Source: an uncultured Candidatus Binatia bacterium (GTDB taxonomy: Bacteria > Desulfobacterota > Binatia > UBA9968 > JAJDTQ01). From it: a stretch of DNA of 64,000 nt. The translations under genes were made by a program, and so were the position numbers. The stretch spans positions 384,001 through 448,000 of the forward strand of contig OZ244070.1 in the NCBI GenBank assembly GCA_965215605.1, given 5' to 3'. Below, in pieces: positions 19,718 to 29,578 of this stretch. Every line of letters begins with the position of its first letter. Within the stretch, counting starts at the first letter, position 1. The notes beneath the pieces were generated by a model. The model searched no databases. It was not told the DNA's origin and was given only the letters and a program-made list of their open reading frames with translations.

Positions 19718-20602
19718 ATGAGCATATCGCGTTCTTCCACGCCGCCCCTGATCGGCATCGGTTTCCGCGTTCCCATCGCCAAGTGGACGCTGGCCAACCT
19801 GCACCGTTTCGACGTCCTCGAGATCACCGTGGACCACTACATAAAGGGAGGCGAGCACGCCCGCAAGGCGATCCGCAACCTCGTGGACCGGATACCGCTG
19901 GTGCTGCATGGCGTGGGCCTTTCCATCGGCACCGACGCGCCACTCGACGAGGCGTACCTGGACGGCGTGGCGGAAGCCGTCGAAGACCTGAAGACGCCTT
20001 CCTACAGCGAGCATCTGGCGTGGACCAAGGTGCCGGGCATCGACATTGCCAACCTGCTGCCCGTGCCCAAGACCCGCGCCGCCGCCGACATGCTCATCCC
20101 CAAGATCCGGCAGGTGCAGGCCCGTTTGCCGGTCCCCTTTTCCATCGAGAACATTTCCTACGTCTTCGACTTCCCGGAAGCGGATATGAGCGAGGCCGAG
20201 TTTTTCAACCTGCTGTTCCGGGAAACCGGCGTGGGCATGCTCCTGGATGTCGAGAACCTGTTCGTCAACTCCCGGAACCATGCCATCGACCCGCGGGCGT
20301 TCCTGGACGCGCTGCCCGAGACGGTGGTGACCCACGTGCACGCGGCCGGGGGGCCGCTGATTCGCCGGCCTTACCTGGATGCGCCGTTCCATGCCGACAA
20401 CCACAGCAGTCCGGTACCGGAACAGGCTTTGGACCTGCTGGCGCACGCCCTCCGCCGGCAACGCCCGCGCACGATAATCCTGGAGCGCGACAACGACGTC
20501 GACCGGGGCGACGAGCTTCTGGACGACGTGACGCGCATTCGGCTGCAAGCGGCCAACGCCGGCGGAGAAGAAAGGCCCGACACCCATGAACAAGCTCCTT
20601 GA
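19718..20602 (+). CDS. DUF692 / multinuclear non-heme iron oxidative enzyme (MNIO; MbnB/TglH/ChrH family)
   Basis: GIGFR, LHGVGLSIG, YSEHLAW, IENISY, LLDVENL, HVHAAG, ADNHS, ILERD; GGGAGG RBS. Confidence 0.93.
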   Translation: MSISRSSTPPLIGIGFRVPIAKWTLANLHRFDVLEITVDHYIKGGEHARKAIRNLVDRIPLVLHGVGLSIGTDAPLDEAYLDGVAEAVEDLKTPSYSEHLAWTKVPGIDIANLLPVPKTRAAADMLIPKIRQVQARLPVPFSIENISYVFDFPEADMSEAEFFNLLFRETGVGMLLDVENLFVNSRNHAIDPRAFLDALPETVVTHVHAAGGPLIRRPYLDAPFHADNHSSPVPEQALDLLAHALRRQRPRTIILERDNDVDRGDELLDDVTRIRLQAANAGGEERPDTHEQAP

Positions 20603-21326
20603 AAGACAGACCCGCCTGCTTCGCCATCTGACCAGCCAAGCCTTCATCTTCGGCACCGACGGGCTTGGCGTAGCGGCCCGGGACCCCGGTCTCCGGGGCA
20701 TGGACATCCGGCGTCTGCGGCTGGAGGCGGAATTCTCCTACAACAAGCGGATCAAGCGGATTCGCCAGACCTTCGAGCGCACCGCCGCCCTGCTCGGTCA
20801 CGGCTTCTCGGCCATCACACGCGAATTTGCCGCGTTGCATCCACCCGAGACCTACGAGCGCCATCCGGACGCACAACGTTTCTTCGACCATTTCATGGAA
20901 CACTGGGCTCGCAAACCGTCCACGCCGGCCTGGGCCGCGGACGTGGCGACGGTGGAGTTGGCCTTGTCCCGTGCCCGGACGCTCCGGCCTACGACCATGG
21001 AGACCGCGGCCCTGGCGGAATGCCCGAGGCCGCCCTCTCTACGGTATCGCACCCATCCATGCGCCCTGTTGGTGCGTTGCGGGCACGACGTGCGGCCCCT
21101 GTTCGAGCCCGGCCGTTCCGGCGCGCCGGTCACACAGCGGCAGGTCTGCCTCGCCGTCCTGACCTCTCGTGGGCGCCGGCGGCCCACGGTCATGGAGCTT
21201 GCGCCGGAAGCCTTTGCGCTGCTGGAACGTTCCACGGAATGGTCGGCGCCGGAACCGGCGGTTGAGGCCATGACCAGGCACCTTGCCGCGCAGGGCCTGG
21301 TACTGGCGTGCGGCAACCATGGCTGA
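20586..21326 (+). CDS. MNIO partner protein (DUF2063/RRE-like)
   Basis: Overlaps MNIO stop; TFERTAALLG..FSAITREFAALHPP and WAADVATVELALSRA resemble DUF2063 partners. Confidence 0.7.
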   Translation: MNKLLERQTRLLRHLTSQAFIFGTDGLGVAARDPGLRGMDIRRLRLEAEFSYNKRIKRIRQTFERTAALLGHGFSAITREFAALHPPETYERHPDAQRFFDHFMEHWARKPSTPAWAADVATVELALSRARTLRPTTMETAALAECPRPPSLRYRTHPCALLVRCGHDVRPLFEPGRSGAPVTQRQVCLAVLTSRGRRRPTVMELAPEAFALLERSTEWSAPEPAVEAMTRHLAAQGLVLACGNHG

Positions 21327-23181
21327 GGTCAACGGGCTGGCGGGCTGGTCCGTGGGGGGCGCCACGCGCCACGCGGAATCCTCAGCGGACGGAGCCTTCA
21401 CTCTCCGTTCCATCGCCGCGCATCTGCTCGCCAACAAGACCGTCTTCGGGCCGTTGGTGGCGGCGTCCTTCTTCATCAATCTGCTGGGCTACATCTACCC
21501 TTTCGCCTTCCTCATCATCATCGACAAGGTCATCTCCAACCGAGGCGCCGCCACCCTCGACGTCATCATCGTGAGCCTGGTCTTCTTTCTGGTCTTCGAG
21601 GCGGTCCTGCGCGGCGCCCGCCACAAGGCCCTGCGCCACGCGGTGCGGGACATGGACCACTCGCTGCTTTCGAGGCTCATCCGCCATTCCCTGGAGTTGC
21701 CGGTCTCCTTCTACTTTCGCAACACCCCGGTGGAGACCCTCTCCCGCATCGAAGAGTTGCGCTATCTGCGGCGCTTCCTTACCAACGCCGTGGTGTTCGT
21801 GTTCGTGGACATCGTCTTCGTGCTGGTGTTCCTGGCGCTGATGCTGAACTTCAGCTTCGCCCTGTCCATGATCATCCTGGGCTGCCTGCCGCTCTATATC
21901 GCGCCGGCCTTCGTCGTCATGCCCACGTTGCGGCAATGGAGCCAGCGGACCAAGGACAGCCGGCGGGAGAGCAACGAGGCCGTGCTCGACACCTTCAACG
22001 GCATCGAAACGGTCAAGGGGATGCACCGGGAGGAAGCCCAGGAGACGTTCCTGACCCAGCGGGTGGACGACGCCGTATCCTCCGACGACGACGCCCAGGA
22101 CCTGCGCGACTCGATGACCCAGTACAACCAGTTCGTGAACCGCCTGGCCAGCGCAGGCCTGCTCTGGTTCGGCGCCTCCATGGTGCTGGACGGACAACTC
22201 ACCCTGGGACAGCTCGTCGCCGTCAACCTGGTGAACATGCGGTTCTCCCAGCCCATGATGCGTCTTTGCATGTTCACCTATGACTTCTCGCGGCTCCGGG
22301 GCCTCATCCGGGAGGTGGGGACCGTCCTGGATGAGCCCGCGGAGCGGCAGCGCGGCCATCTCGTCACGTTGCCCTCCCTGGAGGGCACAATCCAGTTCGA
22401 CAGCGTCCGTTTCCGCTACCCGGACGCGCGCCGTGATGCCCTGGCCGGTGTGACCTTCGAGATCAAGCCCGGCGAGACCCTGGGAATCGTGGGTCCGTCG
22501 GGCTCGGGGAAGAGCACCGTGGCCCGCCTGATTCAGAGGCTGCATCTGGCCGCGGAGGGGCGTGTTCTGCTGGACGGCGCGGACGCCGCGGTGCTGGACC
22601 CGGCCTGGCTCCGCGGCCACATCGGCGCGGTGGAGCAGGACTATCCGATGTTTCGGCGCAGCATCGCCGAAAACATCGCCCTGGAGCCCGCGGAGCACCA
22701 CATGGCCCGGGTGATGGCCGCGGCCAAAGCGGCCTGCGCCCACGAGTTCATCACCCGCACTCCCAAGGGATACGACACCCGGGTCGGCGCCCGGGGCGCG
22801 ATCTTGTCGGGTGGAGAACGGCAACGCATCGCGCTGGCCCGGGCGCTGTTCCACTCCAAGAGCGTGTTGATCCTGGATGAAGCCACCAGTTCGGTGGACC
22901 AGGAGGACGAAGGCCGGATCCAGGAAAACGTCCGGCGGCTCGCCAGCGGACGGACCACCATCATCATCGCCCATCGGTTGTCCGCCCTCCGTTACGCCGA
23001 CCGCATCGTCTGCATGGACCGGGGAGAGGTGGTGGAGCAGGGCGCGCCCGGGGAACTGGTCCAAGGCGACGGATATTTTTCCCGCATGGTACGCGGCGAG
23101 GCCACGCTGCTCCAGGAGTTGGTGCAGAGGCGGCCGGCGGCCGAAGCCACACAAGCCGCCGTGGAGGCGCGGGATGGATAA
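21319..23181 (+). CDS. Type I secretion ABC transporter (HlyB-like permease/ATPase, no C39 domain)
   Basis: ASFFINLL..IIDKVI membrane start, GQLTLGQLVA, GPSGSGKST, LSGGERQR, ILDEATS, IIAHRLS. Confidence 0.92.
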   Translation: MAEVNGLAGWSVGGATRHAESSADGAFTLRSIAAHLLANKTVFGPLVAASFFINLLGYIYPFAFLIIIDKVISNRGAATLDVIIVSLVFFLVFEAVLRGARHKALRHAVRDMDHSLLSRLIRHSLELPVSFYFRNTPVETLSRIEELRYLRRFLTNAVVFVFVDIVFVLVFLALMLNFSFALSMIILGCLPLYIAPAFVVMPTLRQWSQRTKDSRRESNEAVLDTFNGIETVKGMHREEAQETFLTQRVDDAVSSDDDAQDLRDSMTQYNQFVNRLASAGLLWFGASMVLDGQLTLGQLVAVNLVNMRFSQPMMRLCMFTYDFSRLRGLIREVGTVLDEPAERQRGHLVTLPSLEGTIQFDSVRFRYPDARRDALAGVTFEIKPGETLGIVGPSGSGKSTVARLIQRLHLAAEGRVLLDGADAAVLDPAWLRGHIGAVEQDYPMFRRSIAENIALEPAEHHMARVMAAAKAACAHEFITRTPKGYDTRVGARGAILSGGERQRIALARALFHSKSVLILDEATSSVDQEDEGRIQENVRRLASGRTTIIIAHRLSALRYADRIVCMDRGEVVEQGAPGELVQGDGYFSRMVRGEATLLQELVQRRPAAEATQAAVEARDG

Positions 23182-24496
23182 AGGCCGACCGCGCGCGCAA
23201 GCCGTCCTGCTGGTCTCTCTCTGCGCCTTCCTCGTCGGGGCGCTGGCATGGGCCTCCATCGCCGAGGTGGAGCTGGCGGCCATGGCCTCGGGACGCATCG
23301 TTCCGCACGGCCAGGTGAAGACGGTCCGTTCCTTCGAACACGGGAAGATCAAGCAGATCGCGGTGGAGGAAGGGAGCGTCGTCAGCAAGGGCGACGTGCT
23401 CGTGGAGCTTGACGCCACCCTGGTGGACGCGGAAGTCGCCAAGCACGCGTCGGAGCTCGGCACCAAGTCGGTGGAGGCTGCCCGCCTGGAAGCGCTTCTG
23501 GGCTGGCGACGGAGCGAACCGTTCCGGCCGCCTCCGGATGCGCCTGCGGAAATCGTCTCCATCAACGAAAGGCTCCTGGCGGATCAGATTGCCTCCCACC
23601 GAGCGCGCCTCCGCGAGCTGGACGGCATGATCGCGGAACGCCAAGCCCGGCTGCGGACGCTCGGAGCCGGGCTTGCCAAGTACGAACGGCTGCTGCCCAT
23701 CCTGCGCGAGAGGACGCGGATGCGGGAGACCCTCTACCGGAAGGACCACGGCTCCAGGCTCGAGCTCTTCAAGGAGCAGGAGCGGCTGGTGGAGCTCGAA
23801 GGAGACCTGGCCCTTGGCAGGGAGGAGCTGGCCCAGGCCGAAGCCTCCCTCGCCTCCCTTCGGGCGCAAAGGCAACAAACCCGTTCCGAGTTCGACCGGG
23901 AGCACCGTGCGGCCCTCGCCGCCGTGCGGGAAAGAATGATCGTTTTGCGCCAGGACATCCGCCAGGCGCGGGAGCACCGCGCCCGGCACGTCCTGGTGTC
24001 TCCGGTGGACGGGGTGGTGCAGGATCTGGCCGTGCACACGGAGAACGGCATGGTGGAGCCGGGCGCGCGCCTCATGGTCATCGTACCCCGAAACGCCGGC
24101 ATCCGGGTCGAGGCCTTGATTGCCAACGCCGACATCGGCTTCATCAAACCGGGCCAGCGGGTCGCCTTGAGGGTCACCAGCTTCGACTTCCGCCGGTACG
24201 GCGCGCTCCAGGGAACGGTGAGCCACCTGGGCGAGGACGCCGTGAACGCCGGAACGCAAGCCGGCGGCCATTCGCCCGCGGTAGCGGCCGCGCCACCCGA
24301 CGCCCGCGCGACCGGCCCGATGTTCAAGGCCGTCATCGAGCTGGACCAGGACTACATGGAGGTCGAGGGACGGACGATCCCTCTCGTGCCCGGCATGACC
24401 GCGGAAGCGGCGGTGATCCTGGGCAAGCAGCGCGTCATCGACTACGTCCTGTTGCCGCTTCGCGGCTACCGGCAGGACGCGTTCCGGGAAAAATAA
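23174..24496 (+). CDS. HlyD-family type I secretion periplasmic adaptor
   Basis: N-terminal TM, ASGRIVP, VEEGSVVSKGDVLVELD, coiled coil, SPVDGVV, DIGFIKPGQ, LVPGMTA. Confidence 0.92.
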   Translation: MDKGRPRAQAVLLVSLCAFLVGALAWASIAEVELAAMASGRIVPHGQVKTVRSFEHGKIKQIAVEEGSVVSKGDVLVELDATLVDAEVAKHASELGTKSVEAARLEALLGWRRSEPFRPPPDAPAEIVSINERLLADQIASHRARLRELDGMIAERQARLRTLGAGLAKYERLLPILRERTRMRETLYRKDHGSRLELFKEQERLVELEGDLALGREELAQAEASLASLRAQRQQTRSEFDREHRAALAAVRERMIVLRQDIRQAREHRARHVLVSPVDGVVQDLAVHTENGMVEPGARLMVIVPRNAGIRVEALIANADIGFIKPGQRVALRVTSFDFRRYGALQGTVSHLGEDAVNAGTQAGGHSPAVAAAPPDARATGPMFKAVIELDQDYMEVEGRTIPLVPGMTAEAAVILGKQRVIDYVLLPLRGYRQDAFREK

Positions 24497-24522
24497 CACT
24501 GTCACGCACGGAGGCAACGCTG

Positions 24523-25497
24523 ATGAACGACAAGGTCGAAGAGTTCCCCAGAGCAACGGACCCGGCGGCATGGACGCCGGAGGACATCGAGCGGTCGGCG
24601 GCCTGGCGCCACGCTTTCACCGGGCGCGAAGCGGCCGAGTTGCGGGCGGTGGCAAGAAACGACGCCACCGGAGAGGGACCGCCCCTCCGGGTCCTCGCTC
24701 CGCAGTTGGAGCAGACGGCACGGGAGCTGGCGTCAGGCGTGGGTTTCCGCGTGCTTCGCGGCTTCCCGGTGAAGGAGCTGGGCCAGGAAGGCACCCCAAA
24801 GGCATTCATGGCCCTGAGCCGGGGGCTCGGTTGCCCCATGGAGCAACCGGGAGGAGTCGAACTCGCCCACGTGCGCGCCGACGCCAAGGGACGCAAGGGC
24901 TTCGGCTTTCGCGCCGCCGGAGAGCTTCCTTTCCACGCGGACCTCGAAGACGTCATCGGGTTCCTGTGCGTCAGGCCCGCTTCCGGAGGCGGCACGCGCA
25001 GGTTCGCCAGCGCCGTCACCGTGTACAACATCATGCGGGACGAGCACCCGGACGAGTTGCGGGTGCTCATGCAACCCTTTCACATGGCGCTGCAACAGCC
25101 CCATCCGGACCACGGGCAGAAGTGGACGCGCCTCCCTTTCCTCGGCGTCCGGGAAGGGGTGTTCACTGCCTGCGCCTACCCCGTCCATATCAAGCGGGCG
25201 CAGGCCCTTGCCGGGGTTCCCGAACTGACCCCCGCGCAGACCCAAGCGTTGGCTGCCTTCAACGACGTGGCCGGCCGGGCGGCGGTTTCCATGGAGTTGA
25301 AGCCCGGCGACGTGGAGTATTTCAACAACCACGTGGTCCTGCATACCCGGTCCGAGTTCTCCGAGGACCGTGGACCCGGTCGCCACCTGCTGCGGGTCTG
25401 GCTGTCCATGAGCCGCTTCCGGCCGCTGCATGCAGAGCATCCCATCAGCCTCCGGGCCAGGACTCCGGTTGCCGAGGGCGGGCCGAAGCCAGGGTAA
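24523..25497 (+). CDS. TauD/TfdA (clavaminate synthase-like) Fe(II)/2-oxoglutarate oxygenase
   Basis: FHAD...NNHVVLHTR...RHLLRVWL; GGAGG RBS. Confidence 0.88.
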   Translation: MNDKVEEFPRATDPAAWTPEDIERSAAWRHAFTGREAAELRAVARNDATGEGPPLRVLAPQLEQTARELASGVGFRVLRGFPVKELGQEGTPKAFMALSRGLGCPMEQPGGVELAHVRADAKGRKGFGFRAAGELPFHADLEDVIGFLCVRPASGGGTRRFASAVTVYNIMRDEHPDELRVLMQPFHMALQQPHPDHGQKWTRLPFLGVREGVFTACAYPVHIKRAQALAGVPELTPAQTQALAAFNDVAGRAAVSMELKPGDVEYFNNHVVLHTRSEFSEDRGPGRHLLRVWLSMSRFRPLHAEHPISLRARTPVAEGGPKPG

Positions 25498-25500
25498 CTC

Positions 25501-26220
25501 ATGGACCTGGGCATCAAGGGCAGGCGGGCGCTGGTCCTGGGGGGCTCCCGGGGCATCGGCCGCGCGGTGGCCGGCGCCCTCGCCGCCGACGGGGCGGAGG
25601 TGGCGGTCTGCGCCCGGAAGGAATGGGCGGCGAAGAGGGTCGCTTCCGAAGCCGCCCAGGACTGCGGGGTCAGAGCTGCGGGCTACCGCATCGACGCTTG
25701 GGACGAGGAGTCCGCCGTTGCCCTCGTCAACCGCATCGCCAGCGACTTCGGCGCCATCGATCTGCTGTTCGGGGTGGCCCGGCGTCCCTCGCTGGAAGAC
25801 AGGCAGCGGCTGTCGTGGAAGCAGCGGCTCGACGACGGCTTCCTCCGCTTCAAGGCAACCACCGAAACCCTCCTGCCGGGCATGCGGGAGCGGCGATGGG
25901 GCCGCGTGCTGTGGATGGTACCGTGGCCCGCGCCGGGGACCAGCTCGGAAAGGCAGCTTCACGCGGTGACCGCCGCCGCGTTGTCGGCCTGGCTCCAGGT
26001 GATGGCCGCCGAGGCGGCCGAGGACAATGTCGTCCTGAACGTGCTGAAGCCCGCGCCGGTGTCGAGGACCTCGGGGCGCGGTTGCGACGAACCGCGGACG
26101 GGCTCCCGCCATCCGGCCCCGGGCGATTCCCTTTCAGTGTCCCAAGTGGCGGCGACAGCCGCCTTTCTACTCGGCGACCCGGCCGGCGCATGGCGCGGCA
26201 AGGTCATCGAGCTCGGGTGA
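25501..26220 (+). CDS. Atypical SDR-family oxidoreductase
   Basis: MDLGIKGRRALVLGGSRGIG Rossmann motif; no YxxxK. Confidence 0.8.
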   Translation: MDLGIKGRRALVLGGSRGIGRAVAGALAADGAEVAVCARKEWAAKRVASEAAQDCGVRAAGYRIDAWDEESAVALVNRIASDFGAIDLLFGVARRPSLEDRQRLSWKQRLDDGFLRFKATTETLLPGMRERRWGRVLWMVPWPAPGTSSERQLHAVTAAALSAWLQVMAAEAAEDNVVLNVLKPAPVSRTSGRGCDEPRTGSRHPAPGDSLSVSQVAATAAFLLGDPAGAWRGKVIELG

Positions 26221-26236
26221 GGCGGCCGCGACGGCT

Positions 26237-27097
26237 TCAGTAACCCTGGTCGAGGATCCAGTTGGCGATCTCGATCCTCCTGGCGAACCAGACGTCGGAG
26301 AAGCCCTTGGCGTACTTGATGAACTCGTCGATGATCTTGGTCCGGTAGGGCACGCCGGATACGAACGGATGGAGGTTGAACGCGAAGAACTTCGGCGCTC
26401 CCTGCTCTCCTTCCCAGTACAGGTAGTCGAACTGGTCCTTCATGATCTGGAGGAGATCCCTGGGCGTGCGCCCGCCGCCGTAGGTGGAGTAGTCGTTGCA
26501 GCCAGGCACGTTATAGGGCACCACCGCGACCTTGCGGCCCCCCGCCTCGACGGTATAGGGGACGTCCGAATTCAGAGGATCGGCCCACCACACGAAGCCC
26601 GCTTCCGCCACCAGCTCCAGGGTGTTGTCGGTGGACGCGTGACCCGGCGACAGGTAGCCCGTGGGCGGCGCCCCGAGCACATTCTTGAAAGCGGCAACGG
26701 TGTCCTGGATCGACTTCCGCTCCTCCTCCCTAGTGTACATGAAGGCGTACTCGTGCTCGTAGCACTCCGAGGAGAACTCGTGCCCCTGGGCCTGGAACTC
26801 CTTGCACTCGTCGGGGAACTGCTCGACCTTCTTGCCGTTCATGAGGAATGTGGCCTTGAGGTTGTGCCGCTCGAACATGTCCATGATGCGCCAGATGCCC
26901 ACCCGGTCGCCATACTCGCGCTCGGTCACCGCGGCCATGTTCTGCTTGAAGACCGCGTTCTCCGGCGGCAGCGGATGGCTGACCCGCTGAAGCGAGCCGC
27001 GGGTGGCGTAGTTGTCGGGCCATACTTCCCAGGGGATGATGAAAGTGACGCATATCTTGGCGTTGTCCGGCCACTGGATGGGGCTCGGTCTGGGCAT
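26237..27097 (-). CDS. Polysaccharide deacetylase family (PuuE-like) protein
   Basis: WPDNAK, EYGDRVGIWRI, FDYLYWEG, LHPFVSGVPYR; AGGAG RBS. Confidence 0.87.
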   Translation of the reverse strand: MPRPSPIQWPDNAKICVTFIIPWEVWPDNYATRGSLQRVSHPLPPENAVFKQNMAAVTEREYGDRVGIWRIMDMFERHNLKATFLMNGKKVEQFPDECKEFQAQGHEFSSECYEHEYAFMYTREEERKSIQDTVAAFKNVLGAPPTGYLSPGHASTDNTLELVAEAGFVWWADPLNSDVPYTVEAGGRKVAVVPYNVPGCNDYSTYGGGRTPRDLLQIMKDQFDYLYWEGEQGAPKFFAFNLHPFVSGVPYRTKIIDEFIKYAKGFSDVWFARRIEIANWILDQGY

Positions 27098-27314
27098 GGT
27101 GAAATCTCCTCTCGTCCGATGTTGCTGAAATTCGGTGCACAGGCCTGCGGAAGGCAGTGTAGCCCCAACTATAACCAGTGCGGATTTGTGGGGCAAACAG
27201 GTGCCACGACCGCCGCGGTGACAACCGGAAACTGTTGATTTTCATAGCTGCAGCGGTAAAGGTTATCGCCAGGAAACGTACCATGGCGAACGGAATGGAA
27301 GAGCGGATGACCGG

Positions 27315-28574
27315 GTGTCCGTGATGGGCAGCCGGACGAGGACAGGCACGGTGTTGGCGGCGGCCCTTCTCCTGGCCGGCGGCGTCGCCGGCCCTCTGCC
27401 GGGCGCTCAAGCGCTGACATCCAACCAAGCAGCCTACCACAAATTCGTCAAGGAGTTCCGCACGGTTGCCCGTCGCAACGGCATCCCGGGGACGCTCTAC
27501 GACCGCGCGTTCCGCGGCCTGACCCCCGACCCGGAAGTCATCCAGAGGAACGACCGGCAGCCCGAGTTCGTGCTGCCGCCGTCCCACTACGTGGCGCTGG
27601 TGGTCACGGACACGCGCATCAGGGAGGGCCGCCGGAAACTCTCCGAGTACCGCGCCGACCTGGATGAAATCGAACGGCGATACGGCGTGGACCGCCACGT
27701 GCTGGTGGCCGTCTGGGGCATGGAAACGCTGTATGGAGCGCTTCGCGGCAAGCGCAACGTCATTCGGTCGCTCTCCACTCTGGCCTACAAGGGACGTCGG
27801 GCGCGGTTCGGGCGCAAGCAATTGCTGGCGGCGTTCAAGATCCTCAAGACGGGCGACATCACCCTCGACCGGATGACCGGCTCATGGGCCGGGGCCATGG
27901 GCCACACGCAGTTCATCCCCACCAGCTACGAAGCATACGCGGTGGACTTTACGGGCGACGGCCGCCGCGACATCTGGGACACGCCGCAGGACGCGCTCGC
28001 ATCCACGGCCAACTACCTGCGGCGAAACGGCTGGTTGTCCGGACGACCCTGGGGACATCAGGTGGTCCTGCCGGAAGGTTTCGACGCCGGACTCGCCGGC
28101 TCGAAGAACGAAACAGAGCTCCGTCATTGGGCACGTGCCGGCCTTCGGCGCGCCGACAACCGGGTCTTTTCCCATTCCCGGGACTTGGCCTACCTCTACC
28201 TGCCGGCGGGGGCGCGCGGGCCGGCTTTCCTGCTGCGCCAAAACTTCCGGTCGATCATGCGTTACAACCCCGCGCACAAGTACGCGCTGGCGGTGGGGCA
28301 TCTCGCCGACCGGTTGCAGGGCAAAGCGACCGGCCTGACGTGGCCCGACGGCATCGGCCCCATGGCGGAACCGGAACGCAAGGAGTTGCAGCGGCTGCTG
28401 GCGGCGAGGGGATACGACATCGGTGAGATCGACGGGATCATCGGCGCCAAGACCCGCGCCGCCATCCGGGACTACCAACGGAAGACGCGGCTTTCGGTGG
28501 ACGGGTTCCCGCGGCGGGAGATCCTCCGGCTCCTGCGTTCCGACGCCTCCGCCGCCGTGCCGCTCCGCGAATAG
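27315..28574 (+). CDS. Lytic murein transglycosylase (MltB/SLT_2) with peptidoglycan-binding domain
   Basis: WGMET, GSWAGAMGHTQFIPTSY, STANYL, C-terminal IDGIIGAKTRAAI. Confidence 0.92.
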   Translation: MSVMGSRTRTGTVLAAALLLAGGVAGPLPGAQALTSNQAAYHKFVKEFRTVARRNGIPGTLYDRAFRGLTPDPEVIQRNDRQPEFVLPPSHYVALVVTDTRIREGRRKLSEYRADLDEIERRYGVDRHVLVAVWGMETLYGALRGKRNVIRSLSTLAYKGRRARFGRKQLLAAFKILKTGDITLDRMTGSWAGAMGHTQFIPTSYEAYAVDFTGDGRRDIWDTPQDALASTANYLRRNGWLSGRPWGHQVVLPEGFDAGLAGSKNETELRHWARAGLRRADNRVFSHSRDLAYLYLPAGARGPAFLLRQNFRSIMRYNPAHKYALAVGHLADRLQGKATGLTWPDGIGPMAEPERKELQRLLAARGYDIGEIDGIIGAKTRAAIRDYQRKTRLSVDGFPRREILRLLRSDASAAVPLRE

Positions 28575-28682
28575 GCTTGCGAAACCGCTCAGCGGGTTCT
28601 ATCGTCGCTGGCGGGTGGAACGCGCGGGCATCGGCCTCACCGGGATGCCCGGCACGACGGGGAAAGGAAACGGAGAACGGAA

Positions 28683-29516
28683 ATGCCAATAGCCGAGCTG
28701 GACGGACTGGACATCTACTACGAGCGGCAGGGAGCCGGCGAGCCCGTGCTGTTCGTGCCGGCATCATGGTGGCCGTCGGACCCCTGGAAACTCCAGGTGG
28801 TCCCCACCCTGAGCCAAAACTGGGAGACCGTGATCATGGACTGCCGCGGCACCGGCCGCAGCAGCCAACCCGAGGACGGCTATACGGTCAGCCAATTCGC
28901 CGAGGACTGCGCCGCGCTGCTGGCGCATCTCGACATTTCACGGTGCCACGTGGTGGGCTTCGCCATGGGCAGCCAGGTCCTCCAGGCCCTGGCCATCCAG
29001 CGGCCCGACCTCGTGGCCACCCTCACCATGTCCGCCAGCGGCCCGGGGTCCAGGACCCTCGGCGGCGACCCACGGGAACTGTCTTCCGATGCCGCCGGGG
29101 AGATCCAGGAGATGGGATTCGAGCAATACATACGCTCCCACGTGGACAACGACGGCATGGCGTTCAACCCATCGTTCTATCACGCCAACCGCGAAGCCGC
29201 CGCGGCCCTGTCCGATGCCCTGTGGTCGGGACAGTCCACGGTGGAAATGTTTCGCCGCCACGAGCTCGCCCGTCTGAGCTGGGATGCCCTGGCCAGGTCC
29301 CCGGAGGTCAAGGTGCCGACACTGGTGCTCTGCGGCGAAGACGACGAGGTCGAGCGGCGCGGCAGCACCCCGGTGGGCACCGCGCGGCTACTGGGCCAAG
29401 CCATACCCGGAGCCGAGCTGGCGCTCATACCCGGGGTCCGGCACATGACCTTCTGGGACGGCACCGGCGCGCTGGAGGCACTGAAGGATTTCCTGGCGCG
29501 CCATCCGATCGGATAG
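28683..29516 (+). CDS. Alpha/beta hydrolase fold protein
   Basis: DCRGTGRS, HVVGFAMG (Ala at the usual nucleophile position), PTLVLCGEDD, GVRH. Confidence 0.8.
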   Translation: MPIAELDGLDIYYERQGAGEPVLFVPASWWPSDPWKLQVVPTLSQNWETVIMDCRGTGRSSQPEDGYTVSQFAEDCAALLAHLDISRCHVVGFAMGSQVLQALAIQRPDLVATLTMSASGPGSRTLGGDPRELSSDAAGEIQEMGFEQYIRSHVDNDGMAFNPSFYHANREAAAALSDALWSGQSTVEMFRRHELARLSWDALARSPEVKVPTLVLCGEDDEVERRGSTPVGTARLLGQAIPGAELALIPGVRHMTFWDGTGALEALKDFLARHPIG

Positions 29517-29578
29517 GGGCAGCCTGCTTGGTTCCATGGGCAGTTGCCACAGCTCATCCGCATACATTGGAGAACCTG

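Noticed and set aside
28577-29578. N-terminal extension of the 895-aa hydantoinase ORF
   Set aside because: Overlaps the alpha/beta hydrolase; real start is ATG 29579 behind GGAG
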